DNA of 64,000 nt from Mobula hypostoma (lineage: Eukaryota), in assembly GCF_963921235.1 (NCBI RefSeq), contig NC_086097.1, positions 53,570,001 to 53,634,000 on the forward strand. The letters are read 5' to 3'. Every line of letters begins with the position of its first letter. The stretch's first letter is position 1. This document shows positions 22,616-34,935 of the stretch, piece by piece. A program made the position numbers and the translations under genes. Under the pieces are notes generated by a model, which was given only the letters and a program-made list of their open reading frames with translations, was not told the DNA's origin and ran no database searches.

Positions 22616-25092
22616 GGATTTGCATGGATCCACAAGATCTCAACCAAGCCATCAAAAGAGAGCACTATCCGCTGCTCACGGTTGAAGAGGTTGTCTCCAG
22701 CATGCGTAATGCAAAATACTTTTCAGTATTAGATGCAAATCAAGATTTCTGGCAGATCAAGCTGGATAAAGAAAGTTCCAAATTACGTACTTTCAACACG
22801 CCTATAGGGAGATATCGTTTCCTGCGTCTACCCTTTGGGATTTCTTCTGCATCAGAGGTATTCCAGAGATCCGTGGCACAAATGATTGAAGACCTGGACG
22901 GGGTGGTCAACATCACTGATGGTTTGCTGATATGGGGTGACACAATTGAGGAACATGATCAGAGACTGAGGAAGCTCCTGGAGAGGGCAGGTGAGTACAA
23001 CCTAAAACTGAACAAAAGTAAATGTCAGATCAGAACTACAGAGATCAAATACATAGGTCATGTACTCAGCGCTGATGGGCTAAAACCAGATGATGAAAAG
23101 GTCAGAGCTGTGGTACAGCTACCACCACCCAAAGACAAGCAAGAACTATTGAGGTCCATGGGCATGATACAGTATCTTGCCAAGTTCATTCCCAACTTAT
23201 CAGAGGTCAGTGCTCCACTCCGAAAGCTACTAGAGAGCAACACTGAATGGCATTGGGAAGATGAACAAAAGAAAAGTTTTGACACATTGAAGCAGTTGGT
23301 TACCAATGCACCAGCACTCAAGTTCTATGATGTCAATAAACTGCTGGCGATGTCTGTGGATGCCATTTCGGAGGGAATAGGAGCTGTTATACTGCAGGAT
23401 GAGAGGCCTGTGGCGTATGGATCACGAGCACTTACGGACTGTGAACGCCAATATGCTCAAATCGAGAAGGAATTACTCGCCATAGTTTATGGGTGTGAGA
23501 AGTTCCACCAATATGTATATGGCAAAGAAATCCAGGTTGAGAGTGATCACAAACCACTTGAGAGCATCTTCAAAAAGCCACTCTACCAAGCTCCTATGAG
23601 GCTGCAAAGGATGCTTCTCAGGCTACAGAGGTACACTCTCACAGTCACCTATAAGCCAGGAAAAGAACTGTACATCGCTGATGCTTTGAGCCGTGCTTAC
23701 CTCAAAGAGCAAAAGGAAGAGTTGCTAGGAAGAGAGCTGGAGGGCAACTGGGTTACACCTCAGCTACCCATCTCTGAGGACAAGTTGAACATGTTCAGGA
23801 AAGTGACTGCAGATGATCCTGAAATGCAAATGCTAAGAGACATTACAATGAATGGTCGGCCAACAGAAAGAAAAGATGTTCCAAAGGAAATGCAGAGATA
23901 CTGTACATTTGAAGAGGAAATCAGCTATGCATCAGGACTAATGTTCAAAACGGCAAAACTCATCATACCAAACCAAATGAGACAGGAAATGCTCAACAGG
24001 ATTCACGAGTCACACCTGGGGATAGTGAAATGTAAAGAAAGAGCAAGGGACATTCTCTATTGGCCAGGCATGTCAACTCAGATAGAAGACATTGTGTCTC
24101 AGTGTGCTGTCTGTAATGAAAACCAAAACAGTAAACCAAGAGAGCCTTTGCTTCCCCATCCACTACCAGGAAGACCATGGGAGAAGACTGACACAGATCT
24201 CTTTCACTACAATGGTGCAGAATATCTGCTTTGTGTGGACTACTATTCAAAATATCCGGAGATCACCAAGTTAAGTGACACGTCCAGTCGAGGTGTCATT
24301 ACCGCAATGAAGTCAACATTCACAAGACATGGTGTTCCAGATATTGTCGTTAGTGACAATGGTCCACAATATGCCAGTGGCGAGTTCAGAGAGTTCTCAG
24401 AAAGCTGGGAATTTCAACATGTTACTTCCAGTCCAGGGCACGCTCGGTCTAATGGACAAGCAGAGAGAGCTGTACAAACTGTCAAGAACATGCTCAAGAA
24501 GGCACAAAGCAGCAATGGTGACCCTTACATTGCTCTGCTTGAATATCACAACACACCGATTGAGGGTGTGGGGTTCTCTCCTGCGCAGCTGTTGATGGGA
24601 CGTTGTCTGAAGTCCAAACTGCTAACATCCACAACTCTACTGACCCCTGAAGGTAACGCTCAAGTACGTGACAAGCAAAAGTACAAGCAAATAAAGCAAA
24701 AGAGCTACTATGACAGACATACAAGACAGTTGCCAGATCTGCATACAGGTGAAAATGTCAGAATACAGAGAGGAGACACTTGGCAACCAGCTGTGGTTGT
24801 GAACAGACATCAGCAACCAAGGTCCTTCATAGTTCGCACGCCGGATGGAAGAGTCTACAGGAGGAACAGGAAGCATCTGCTGAAGACAGGCGAGAGGGAG
24901 TTTCCACGTACAGATGCACAGGACATTTCCACAGATACAGACATGGAAACAAACAACACCAAGAGTGATGCAGACCGCAAAGACACAGAGACCACTCGAG
25001 AGACTGACACGGATGAAAGTCAAGCACAGTCACAGTTGTATCACACACGGTCTGGGAGACAAGTCAAACTTCCAGCTAGATACAGAGACTAG
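22612..25092 (+). CDS. pol: Gypsy pol ORF (RT, RNase H, integrase), 826 aa, probably inactive
   Basis: RLPFGISSA; RT catalytic motif altered to NITDG; DAISEG, YAQIEKE, SDHKPL; HxxH..CxxC; SDNGPQ; NGQAERAV. Confidence 0.85.
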   Translation: MRICMDPQDLNQAIKREHYPLLTVEEVVSSMRNAKYFSVLDANQDFWQIKLDKESSKLRTFNTPIGRYRFLRLPFGISSASEVFQRSVAQMIEDLDGVVNITDGLLIWGDTIEEHDQRLRKLLERAGEYNLKLNKSKCQIRTTEIKYIGHVLSADGLKPDDEKVRAVVQLPPPKDKQELLRSMGMIQYLAKFIPNLSEVSAPLRKLLESNTEWHWEDEQKKSFDTLKQLVTNAPALKFYDVNKLLAMSVDAISEGIGAVILQDERPVAYGSRALTDCERQYAQIEKELLAIVYGCEKFHQYVYGKEIQVESDHKPLESIFKKPLYQAPMRLQRMLLRLQRYTLTVTYKPGKELYIADALSRAYLKEQKEELLGRELEGNWVTPQLPISEDKLNMFRKVTADDPEMQMLRDITMNGRPTERKDVPKEMQRYCTFEEEISYASGLMFKTAKLIIPNQMRQEMLNRIHESHLGIVKCKERARDILYWPGMSTQIEDIVSQCAVCNENQNSKPREPLLPHPLPGRPWEKTDTDLFHYNGAEYLLCVDYYSKYPEITKLSDTSSRGVITAMKSTFTRHGVPDIVVSDNGPQYASGEFREFSESWEFQHVTSSPGHARSNGQAERAVQTVKNMLKKAQSSNGDPYIALLEYHNTPIEGVGFSPAQLLMGRCLKSKLLTSTTLLTPEGNAQVRDKQKYKQIKQKSYYDRHTRQLPDLHTGENVRIQRGDTWQPAVVVNRHQQPRSFIVRTPDGRVYRRNRKHLLKTGEREFPRTDAQDISTDTDMETNNTKSDADRKDTETTRETDTDESQAQSQLYHTRSGRQVKLPARYRD

Positions 25093-25355
25093 ACATACTT
25101 ACAGTCTCACACAGTTTGAGGCAAAGTCACACATGTCATAAGTTCCAAGGTGTGAAATAAACAGTTTATTAGTCTGTATTAGTAAAAGAAAATACACTGT
25201 TGTTAGTATTGTAAGATACAATGCAGAATACAGTACAAGGTAAGATTTTTTTAGGTTACGTCATAGTTGTTGCACTGTAAGAAAGGCATACCTATTGGCA
25301 TTGTTTTAGTAATTCACAGTGTTGTAAAAAGAAAAAAAAATCTTGAGAAGTGGGA

Positions 25356-25489
25356 TGTACTGTATTGTGTGAGTATTTGTAGCATCAGAATGCATATGAC
25401 GTTAGGACGTAGAGAAGTAAAAATGGAAGTCTGGTAAATAAACGTGGTTGTTCAATCTACAGCGGTGTCTGAGTCACATCAATATTACA
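25356..25489 (+). repeat. 3' LTR of the second Gypsy
   Basis: Direct repeat of 18726-18859, followed by TSD gtacc. Confidence 0.95.
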
Positions 25490-27009
25490 GTACCAATGTG
25501 TTTTTTTTTGCTGGTGGGGGGTGGGAGGATCGTTGCTTGCTGCTGCTTATGCGGGGGAGTGGGGAGCTGGGAGGTACTTTAGGGTTCTCATGTCTAACTG
25601 TTGTTCATTCTTTGGGGCACTTCTCTGTTTTTGTGGATGTTTGTGAAGAAAAAGCATTTCAGGATGTATATTGTATACATTTCTCTAACATCAAATTGAA
25701 CCTTTGAACCTTTGATTAGGAAAATGGGCAAGGAGGTGGCAGATGGAATACTGTGTCAGGAAGTGTATGGTCATGCACTTTAGTAGAAGGAATAAAAGTT
25801 TCTATTTTCTAAATGGAGAGACAATTCAAAAATCTGAGGTGCAAAGGGATTTGGTGTCCTTGTGCAGGATTCCCTAGAAGTTATTTTGCAGGTTGCACGG
25901 ATGGTGAGCAAGGCAAATGCAATGTTAGTGTTCATTTCAAGAGGACTAGAATATAAGAGTAATGCTGATGCTGTACAAGACACTGGTGAGGGCTCACTTG
26001 GAGTATTGTGAGCAGTTCTGGGCCCCTTATTTAAGAAAGAATGTGCTGACATTGGAGAGTTCACAAGAATGATTTTGGGAATGAAAGGGTTTTCATTTGA
26101 GTAGAATTTAGAAGAATGAGCAGGGATTCTCAATGAAACTTATTGAATGCTGAAAGACCTAAATAGAGTGGATGTGAAGAGAATATGTCCTTTGGTGGGG
26201 GAGTCTAGCACAGCCTCAAAATAGAGGGATGTCCATTTAGATCAGAGCTGAGGAGGTATTTCTTTAGCCAGATGGTGATGAATGTATGAAATGCACTGTC
26301 ACAGGAGGTCGTCGAGGCCAGGTCTCTGGGTGCATTTAAGTCAAAGTTTGATAAGTTTTTGATTTGTCAGGGTGTGAATGGTTATGGGGAGAAGACAGGA
26401 AAATGTGATTAAGAGGGAAGTAGATCAGCCTTGATGAAATGACAGAGCAGACTCAATGAGCCAAATGGCCTAATTCTGCTCCTATGACTTGTGTCTTTTG
26501 GAGATCTCGTTAAACATGCAAAATTCTTACAGGGTTTAACAGACTGGAAGTAGGAAGGAAGTTTCCCCTGGAGAGAGTGAGGGTAAGGGTCTCAGACCAA
26601 TAGACAGTCTCAGAAAGTAGCATAAACCATTTACTTTTGAGATGAGAACTAGCAACAAACAGCTTATGGCAAGAAATATTAACCCTGTTTCACTCACCAC
26701 AGATTTTTCCTGAATATTTCCAGGATTTTCTGCTTTTATTTTGGATTTCTAGCACCATCAGTCTTTTGGATTTTCATTTACTGGGGAAGAACTTCTGTAC
26801 TTAGAGGATTGGGAAGCTGTGAAATTCTTTATCACAGAAGGCTGTGGAGGTCAAATTTCTGAATGTATTTAAGAATATTTAGCTGGATTTCTAGACATTT
26901 CAATGCACAATTACACTTACTAGCAGAGCAAAGAGCCTGGAAAGCTTACTGCTGCTCCTGTTTTTCTATGTTTCAACATAAAAGGTGCAAAAGATAGGGA
27001 ATATTAAAT

Positions 27010-27811
27010 CATGGCAGATGGAGTTCAACCCAGATAAGTGTGAGGTGGTTCATTTTGGTGGGTCAAGTATGACGGCAGAATATATTATCAATGGCAAGAC
27101 TCTTGGCAGTGTGGAGGATCAGAGGGATCTTGGGGTTCGAGTCCATAGGACACTCAAAGCTGCTACACAGGTTGACTCTGTGGTTAAGAAGGCATACGGT
27201 GTATTGGCCTTCATCAATCGTAGGATTGAGTTTAAGAGCCAAGAGGTAATGTTACAGCTATATAGGATCCTGGTCAGACCCCACTCGGAGTACTGTGCTC
27301 AATTCTGGTCACCTCACCATAGGAAGGACGTGGAAACCATAGAAAGGGTGCAGAGGAGATTTACAAGGATGTTGCCTGGATTGGGGAGCATGCCTTATGA
27401 GAATAGGTTGAGTGAACTTGGCCTTTTCTCCGTGGAGCGACGGAGGATGAGAGGTGACTTGACAGAGGTATACAAGGTAATGAGAGGCTTTTCCCCAGGG
27501 CTGAAATGGCTAGCACGAGAGGGCATAGTTTTAAGGTGCTTGGAAGTAGGTACAGAGGAGATGTCAGGGTTAAGTTTTTTTTTGTTTTTTTTTTTACGCA
27601 GGGTGTGGTGAGTGCGTGGAATGGGTTGCCGGTGGCGATTGTGGAGGTGGAAATGATAGGGCTTTTTAAGAGACTCCTGGATGACTACATGGAACTTAGA
27701 AAAATAGAGGGCTATAGGTAAAGCCTAGGTAGTTCTAAGGTAGGGATATGTTTGGCACAGCTTTGTGGGTCGAAGGGCCTGTATTGTGCTGTATATTTTC
27801 TATGTTTCTAT
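27010..27811 (+). mobile_element. CR1 LINE 3' fragment
   Basis: WQMEFNPDKCEVVHFG..YCAQFWSP..ERVQRRFTRML; ttctatgt tail. Confidence 0.92.
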
Positions 27812-28479
27812 ACTTTATTTATATATATATAGCCTAGAAGCTTTGCTTCCCCATCTCTGAAAATAGGTCATGCAGGAATTTTCTCCTACCTCATCAAATA
27901 TTTCCTAAACTATAGCCTTGGGCAATGTTGATTCATTGCTGAACATTGTGGACAAGCTCTCTTGGCACTAGAATGTGTGTCAACACTTGCTGGCTGCCCC
28001 TACACCTCCTTAGGTTGTGTTGGTTGTTAATATAAATTAAACATTTCATTGTATATGTGATAAATAAATGACTCGGATAAATAACATAACATCATTGTTC
28101 AACAAGGTCAAAGTGTAGGCATATTTGTTTGTGATGACAATCCACATGATTTCACAAAAACGTCTTATTTTAGATACACTTAAAACTACTTTTGCAATAC
28201 TTACTAAGAAGGGTCCTGCAAACCAAATAGTTTCTTAATTATTTATTTGAATGTTTATTCAACCTTATTCAGAACCTCAATTTGATGAATATCACAAAGA
28301 TTCAAAGCACTACCAATTAGAATGGGAACTACTGCAGAGAGGTAGATCTCTCTGGATGCAGGAAGAATTTGAAGTAATTATGATACCAACACAATCGTTA
28401 ATATTGCAACTGAAATTTGGAAAAGCCAATGTTATTCCCTCCCCTTGATGTGAAAAGTAATTCTTCTTTGTATTGATAC

Positions 28480-29165
28480 TCTCGTACATTAGTAATTGTA
28501 TGATTGTTACTGTCTGTGTTTTATCCAATGGGTTTTATAGTAACTGGAGGTCTTAATATGTAATTGGAGGTGCAAAGTGATTGGTGGGATGAATGAGGAG
28601 AGGCGATATGAATTAAAAAGTGCAATTTTACGGAGGTTACAGAAACCGAAGAACCTGGGCGTATTCTATAATAAGCTTGATAGATGGCAGAATAACCCGT
28701 GGCTGTTTAAAAAAAAACAATGGGTTTATTGATTTTATTAAATAGGCATAAAATGTTATATTAAACATTTATAAACCATTTACTGAAATGTTATATAAAT
28801 TTGGATTTCAAGGCCTTCAAGAGGAATCAGAAGAAATTTGCTGATGTGTTGTTAAAGATGTGGAGATACTAGAGAAACTGTGATTGCACTCCTTAACGTC
28901 CAAAAGGTTAAGACAAGATTTGATGAAAGTGCCTTAAAGCATAAGCAGTTTTGACAAAGTATGGAGAATCAACTTTCATCGCCAAAAGTGTTAGCAACCA
29001 CAAGTCATGGTTTTAAGCAAAGGAATCAATTTGCCAGAAGAGTCAAGAGGAAAACATTTTTTTTTGCGCAGTGAACTGTTATAATCTGTGAAGGACTGCC
29101 AGAAATGCTGTTGAATCTGTTTGCATGAGTAACTTTTAAAAGTAAAGCAGATAAATACTTGAACA
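28480..29165 (+). mobile_element. Highly degraded CR1-like 3' fragment
   Basis: Nucleotide resemblance to the other CR1 3' halves in the window (aaaggttaagacaagatttgatg; aggaaaacatttttttt). Confidence 0.5.
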
Positions 29166-29599
29166 GGAGAAAATATAATCAGAATCAAGTTTAATATCAC
29201 TGGTATATGTCATGAAATTTGTTGTCTTGCAGCAGCAGTACATAATATAAAAACTACAAATTACAATAAGAAATAAAAAAATAAATTAAGTACATAGTGT
29301 ATAAAGAGCAAAACAAATAATGGGTTGGTTCATTGTCCGATCAGAAATCTGGCGGCAGAAGGAAAGAAGCTACTCCCCCTTCCGTAGTGGTGCAGAGAAA
29401 GAATCTAGGCATGGGATTAATGAGATAACTTTACAAAAGAGCTGGCAAAAAAAGCTTCTTTCAATGCTTCCCGTTAGGAGCAAGTGCTTACTTCTGCAGG
29501 AAGTTTCACTGGTTACTTACAGTCAAACAAATAACAGAACAGGTAATCATTAATATAACTGAAAGGTGTGGTCGCTTTCTGGAGAACAACTTACCCAGA

Positions 29600-31190
29600 T
29601 GTGTACCTATCTAGCCTATCTACCTGTGAGGCCACTTTCAAGGAATCATAGATCTGTATTTGTAGATCCCTCTGTTCTACCACACTCCTCAGTGACTTAT
29701 CTTTCAGTTGTACCCTGGTTTGTCTTCCCAAAGTGCAACACCTCACACTTGCCTGTATTAAATTCCATCGGCCATTTTTCAGCCCATTTTTCTAGCTGGT
29801 CCAAATCCCACTAGCAGCTTTGATAGGCTTCCTCGTTGTCCCCTACTCTCCCATTCTTGATGTTATGCATCAGCTTACTGATCCAGTTTTTCACATTATG
29901 ATCCACATCATTGATATGGATAACAAGCAACAGAGGACCCAGAACTGATTTCTGAGGTACACCACTAGTCACAGGCCTCCACTTAGTGAGGCAACCATCT
30001 ACTACCAGTCTCTAGCTTCTCCCATGAAACAAATGCCAAGTGACTGAAACTTCTTAGCCAACTTCTCATGTGGGACCTTGTCATAGGCTTTGCAAAGGTC
30101 CATGTAGACAACATCCACTGCCTTTCCTTTACCAACTTTCCTGAAAACTTCCTCAGATACTCTAAGGTTGGTTGGACATTACCTACCACGCACAAGGTTA
30201 TGTTGACCATCCCTAATCAGCCCATATCTATCCAAATTCTTGTATATCCAGTCCCTTAGAATACATTCCAATAACTTACCCAATACTGACATCAGCCTCA
30301 ATGGTGTATAATTTCCTAGTTTATTCTTATTCCATTGTTTAAGAAAGGCTTTAAAAGGCCTTTCTTAAGCAATGGAATAACATTAGCTATCCTCCAATCC
30401 TCTGGCACCTAACACGTGGCTAAAGACAGTTTAAATACCCCTACTAAGGCCCTTACAATATCTGCACTGGCCTCCCACAAGGTCCAAAGGAACACCTTGT
30501 TACGCTCTGGGGATTTATCCACTCTAATTTGCCTCTAGACAGCAATCACTTCCTGCTCTGGCCAAAACCTCTCAGCTGTTTTGCCTCAATTCTGTAGACT
30601 CATTGCCCATCTTCTGAGTAAATACTGATGCAAAAAAATCCATTTAAGATCTCCCCAATCTTTTTTGGTTCCATGCTTAGATGACCACAAGATGACTTCA
30701 ACTTTTTCCCTAGATGTCCTTTTGCTCTTAATATATCTCTTTCACCTTGTCTGCTAGTTTAATCTTATGTCCTCATTTTAGCTTCCTGATTTCCCCAAGT
30801 TCTCTTGCACTTCTTATACCCTTCAGGCACCTAATTTGTTCCTTGCTGGCTACACCTGCTATGCACTTCCTTTCTCTTCTTAACCAGGGGCTCAATAGCC
30901 CTTGAAAGCCAATGTTTCCTAAACCTGTTAACTTTGCCTTTTATTTTGACAGTAGCATAGAAACATTCTGTACATGCATTCTGTACTCTCAAAATTTCAA
31001 TTTGAGGGCCTCCTACTTTTTTTTTTAAACTTTTGACCTCCCAAAGCCCAACACCTTACATTTGTCTGGATTAAACTGCATCTGCCATTTCTTTGTTCAC
31101 ATTTCCAACTGGCCGAAATCCTGCAGAATCCTTTGAAAAGTTTCTACACTATCACAAGTCTGTCATTTTTTTGTCTTCAGCAAATTTACT
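29600..31190 (-). mobile_element. Degraded CR1 RT fragments
   Basis: Reverse complement of CR1 RT motifs (aagtgcaacacctcacacttg..aattccatc; accactagtcac; aaggtccatgtagacaacatccactgcc). Confidence 0.75.
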
Positions 31191-31374
31191 AATCCACTCC
31201 CTACATTTTTGACTAAATAATATATTCAGTTTGCTGCAACCACCCGTAGTCCCTGCAAAGTGTGAGGTCATGAAATTTGCAAAGAGAAATCAAAAGGAAG
31301 ATTATTGCTTGATTGGAGAGAAATTGCAAATGAGCGAGTTTCTTTTGTCAAAACCCTACCTGTTTTTTTCTCTG

Positions 31375-31564
31375 CAACACACATCAAAGTTGCTGGTGAA
31401 CGCAGCAGGCCAGGCAGCATCTCTAGGAGGAGGTACAGTCGGCGTTTCGGGCTGAGACCCTTCGTCAGACCTCTTCCTAGAGATGCTGCCTGGCCTGCTG
31501 CGTTCACCAGCAACTTTTATGTGTGTTGCTTGAATTTCCAGCATCTGCAGAATTCCTGTTGTTT
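31375..31564. mobile_element. Small fold-back Penelope pLTR insertion inside a CR1 fragment (~31250-31900)
   Basis: Inverted arms of the pLTR sequence; 15-bp TSD ctgt(t/c)tttttctctg (31360-31374, 31565-31579); hammerhead core on the minus strand with GTC mutated to GCC. Confidence 0.85.
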
Positions 31565-34500
31565 CTGTCTTTTTCTCTGTTCATCTCAAAAAGTGTTCAG
31601 GCTATTCCAAAAATGGCTTAGAGAGTCAACTGGGATGTTGGCATTTATTACAAAGGGGCTAGAGTGCTGAAGTGTAAAATATTGTCACAATTGTATAGGG
31701 TGTAGACATGGCTATGCCTGGAATACTGTGTACAGCTTTTGTTTCTTTATTAAAGATATACTAGCATTGGAGACAGTCCAAAAGAGATTCCCTTGGTGAT
31801 AACAATGATGTTTTAATGAAAGTGGACAAAGAAGCTGCATATGCTTTCAATGGAGTTTAGAAGAATGTGGGGTGATCTTATTTAATGTCAAGATCCAGAA
31901 GGAGCATTATGGACCCCCTTTCTTCTGGAAGAGGAATAGAAGATGAATGTAAGGGCAGAAAGAGCGTCATGTTGTTGAACTGAGAATGGTAACAATAGAA
32001 GGGAAAGTTGAATCTTTCCCTTCTCAAGATACCAGACATTATTCTCCTCTAGAATCCTCCATCAGGAACTCCAGTGCCATATCAAAAACCTATTCATTCT
32101 CTCCTCTCCATTCAACATCTACCAAGAAATATGCTACCATGTGTTAATCATCAGGCCCGTTCCTCATCCTCAGGGAAATGAACAGTGAACCCACATACGC
32201 TCTTCCTTGAAACTACATCAAAACAGCACATTTGTATGAGTATCTACCATTCAAGTTCAAGTCATGGCACTTAGAGCCAAATATGCATGTTGAAATCAGT
32301 CTTTCAAATTGACATGTATTATCAGTACAGCACAGACATAGTACCATTTTCACCCTTTCACAATGAAGTAATCTCCAACTTCGTATATAGTAATGTTGTA
32401 ATGCTTTAATGAAAATGAACACAATACAGTACTGGATTAGCTAAGTGATTTGGTTTTACACAAAGGTGGAATAGGAACAACACAAAACAGAGTATCTGCC
32501 ATTGTATGGTAATGTAAGGGAATTCCATCAACTGACATATTCCAGGCTGCAGGGTTGTGTACTAAGAAAGCCAGCTCAAAGATTTAATAAGGTTTATAAT
32601 CTAAGGGCCTACTAGACAAAAAGGAGTTGAGGCCTGTATAAAATCTGTTAAACATTTGAATCGTGTATCAAAGTAGCTACAGCAGTAGCAATGTTGCCTT
32701 GAACATAGAATGAGCTAACACTACAATTATATAGACCTGATGATACTATGAATATAAAGAAAGCAAGTACTGGTTTGTATTATTTTTTGTGTATACAGTA
32801 TATATTATGAATAAAGTTTATTTATAAAATAAAGCAGCAATGAAATCAAAGGCAATAAAAATCTGATTAAGTAGAAATGGAGCTCCTTTAGAAAGAAGAA
32901 ATAAATATTATCCAATGCATTCCAAATGAAGTTTGATTAAGTAGAGGTTGTACTTGTTAGTTGCTGAATCAAAGTTCATTGTAATTGTAAATTATGAAAG
33001 GAAGAGCTCCGTTGTAAATGTGGTAACATGTTGCATGCACTAATGCTTGAAACCTCTTTGTAGACCTTCCCAACAGCCTTGTTTGTGGCAGCTATAAAGC
33101 ATCAAATCCAACAAAGGCTGCATACACCAGATGTTTGCCTCTGCTAATATCAAAGGTTCATGGATAAATACACAAAAAAGATCTTTCATGCTTATATTTT
33201 ATGGAACTCAGAGGGGTTTATATAATTCAGTTAACTGAAGTACTCTTACAGAAAATTTAAATCCATTGTGGCAATTACTCAGCTCTGTTAGACCTGGCTA
33301 AAAACATCTGTTTTGTTTTTTTTTGAACATCTGGAATTCAGCAAAGTTGGATCCACCCATTGAACTTTAGAATGCTTTCATCCATTCTGGAGTGAAAGTG
33401 AGTAGCGTCCAAAGTTATATTTGGCAGTGGGCAGGACAAGATGACCTATTACAAACAATATTCCTTCTTGTACAATGTTGAAGAGATGTTGCAGAAAGTC
33501 GGTTCTCTGTAAGATCAAACCTGAAGTGGCATCACTTTAATAACATTGCCATTTAAATCACAAATAAGAAATGCTAAGCTTGAATTCAAGGTTACATGAT
33601 ATTATGAAATACACTATAAACCAGCAAATTTCATGCATAGCTTTTACTGCCCTGGAACTGTTTTTCAGGTAGTGTCGTCACCTGGTACTATTGCAGACAG
33701 ACATCCAAATGCAGAATTAGCTGTTGCATGCAGAATTAAGATTCTTAAAGCACGCAAGAGTCTACTAAAAGAAAATCTGTCTTACAAATGGCACTCAAGA
33801 TCTTTCTATATCATCAGAGCAAAATTCACTAGACATCTGCCCCTAGTTAGTTACCTCCAGCTGCTAACTATTGATATGCAATTTAATATTAAGATTTGCA
33901 TTTTTGTTAAAATTCTTCTTCCAAATTTTATTTGTCCTGAATTTACCAAGGATGTGAATTACTAACACCAATAGCATGCGTCATACTTTAGAACATCTGT
34001 ACAAGAAAAACTTTCTCATTTATGAAACTGACAACTATAAAACTGGAAGTAGTTCACATTCAGAATTGCAGCAGCACTGACAGTTTGTAAAATGGATGAT
34101 TATGATAATTACTTAAGTTTCTAACATTTCTGAGATATTCTAAAGTTAATCTTAGTTTTGTCTTGAATTACTAGTCTCAGTGCGAACTGCAGTGTGCTAC
34201 TCTAATCAACCACAACAAGGAGGAGTTACAGCTAGAGATCTGGCTCTCAATTACTATCCAATGGCTCTTGCTGGAAAATAAGCATAAATGGATATGGATG
34301 TAATCAAATATTGCTATGCCTCTCTCAATACTGAGATAACAATTGACTAGTATTAACCAGACAATGACATGAAATAGAATGAGATATTTATGTGCTATGT
34401 GTAATTCTATCTCAGCAATGGAAATGGCCTACAGAATTCAATGAGAAATATATCTGGAAGAAAAACCTACTAAACACGAACAATTTCATCTTAATTCAAA

Positions 34501-34649
34501 CTCCTAGCACTGCTTACTGTACTAGCATGCACCCATTTCTTCTGGCTTCTCTGAATGTGGTTGACAATTGGGATCCAAACTATGCCAGATTTGAGAGGAT
34601 GTGTACCATGAACAACAACGAATTTTTCTGAAATTAATTAGTCCCACTG

Positions 34650-34935
34650 GTACTCCTCCCCCACCCTTTTTCTTTCTTCCATGGCCTTTTACTAATCAAC
34701 TTCCTAGCTCTTTGCTTCATCCCTCCCTCCAGATTTCGCCTATCACCTTGTGTTTCTCTCTCCCCTCCCACCACCTTTCAAATCTACTCCTCAGCTTTTT
34801 TCCCTCCAGTCCTGCCGAAGGGTTTCGGCCCGAAACGTTGACTGTTGTTTTTTCCATAGATGCTGCCTGGCCTGCTGAGTTCCTCCAGCATTTTGTGTGT
34901 GTCTCTCGGATTTCCAGCATGTGCAGATTTTCTAT
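34650..34935 (+). mobile_element. Penelope pLTR fragment (diverged subfamily)
   Basis: agtcctgccgaagggtttcggcccgaaacgttgact..gatgctgcctggcctgctg..tttccagcat. Confidence 0.8.

Larger units (their letters stand above)
18726..25489 (+). mobile_element. Full-length Ty3/Gypsy LTR retrotransposon with 134-bp LTRs
   Basis: LTRs 18726-18859 and 25356-25489 (TG..CA); perfect 5-bp TSD gtacc; PBS; PPT gagaagtggga; gag, protease, RT, RNase H and integrase all present. Confidence 0.96.
18146..25713 (+). mobile_element. Unclassified non-coding retroposon (18146-18725 plus 25495-25713) split by the second Gypsy
   Basis: Interrupts the CR1 RT, ends in a tgaacctt tandem tail, and is flanked by gatt on both sides. 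Confidence 0.5.
8575..26500 (+). mobile_element. Degraded CR1 LINE split by nested insertions (segments ~8575-9085, 15497-18145, 25714-26500)
   Basis: ORF1 esterase motifs (DHWDLFW..YKRDGLHL); APE start continuing across the Gypsy (LNA / DIVGITESWL); KSPGPDG..WKIANVTPLFK; GVPQGSVLG; CR1 3' end ggcctaattctgctcctatg. Confidence 0.8.

Noticed and set aside
31900..32830. Possible retroviral 3' end (short ORF, purine run, aataaa)
   Set aside because: No diagnostic motif and no partner LTR in the window
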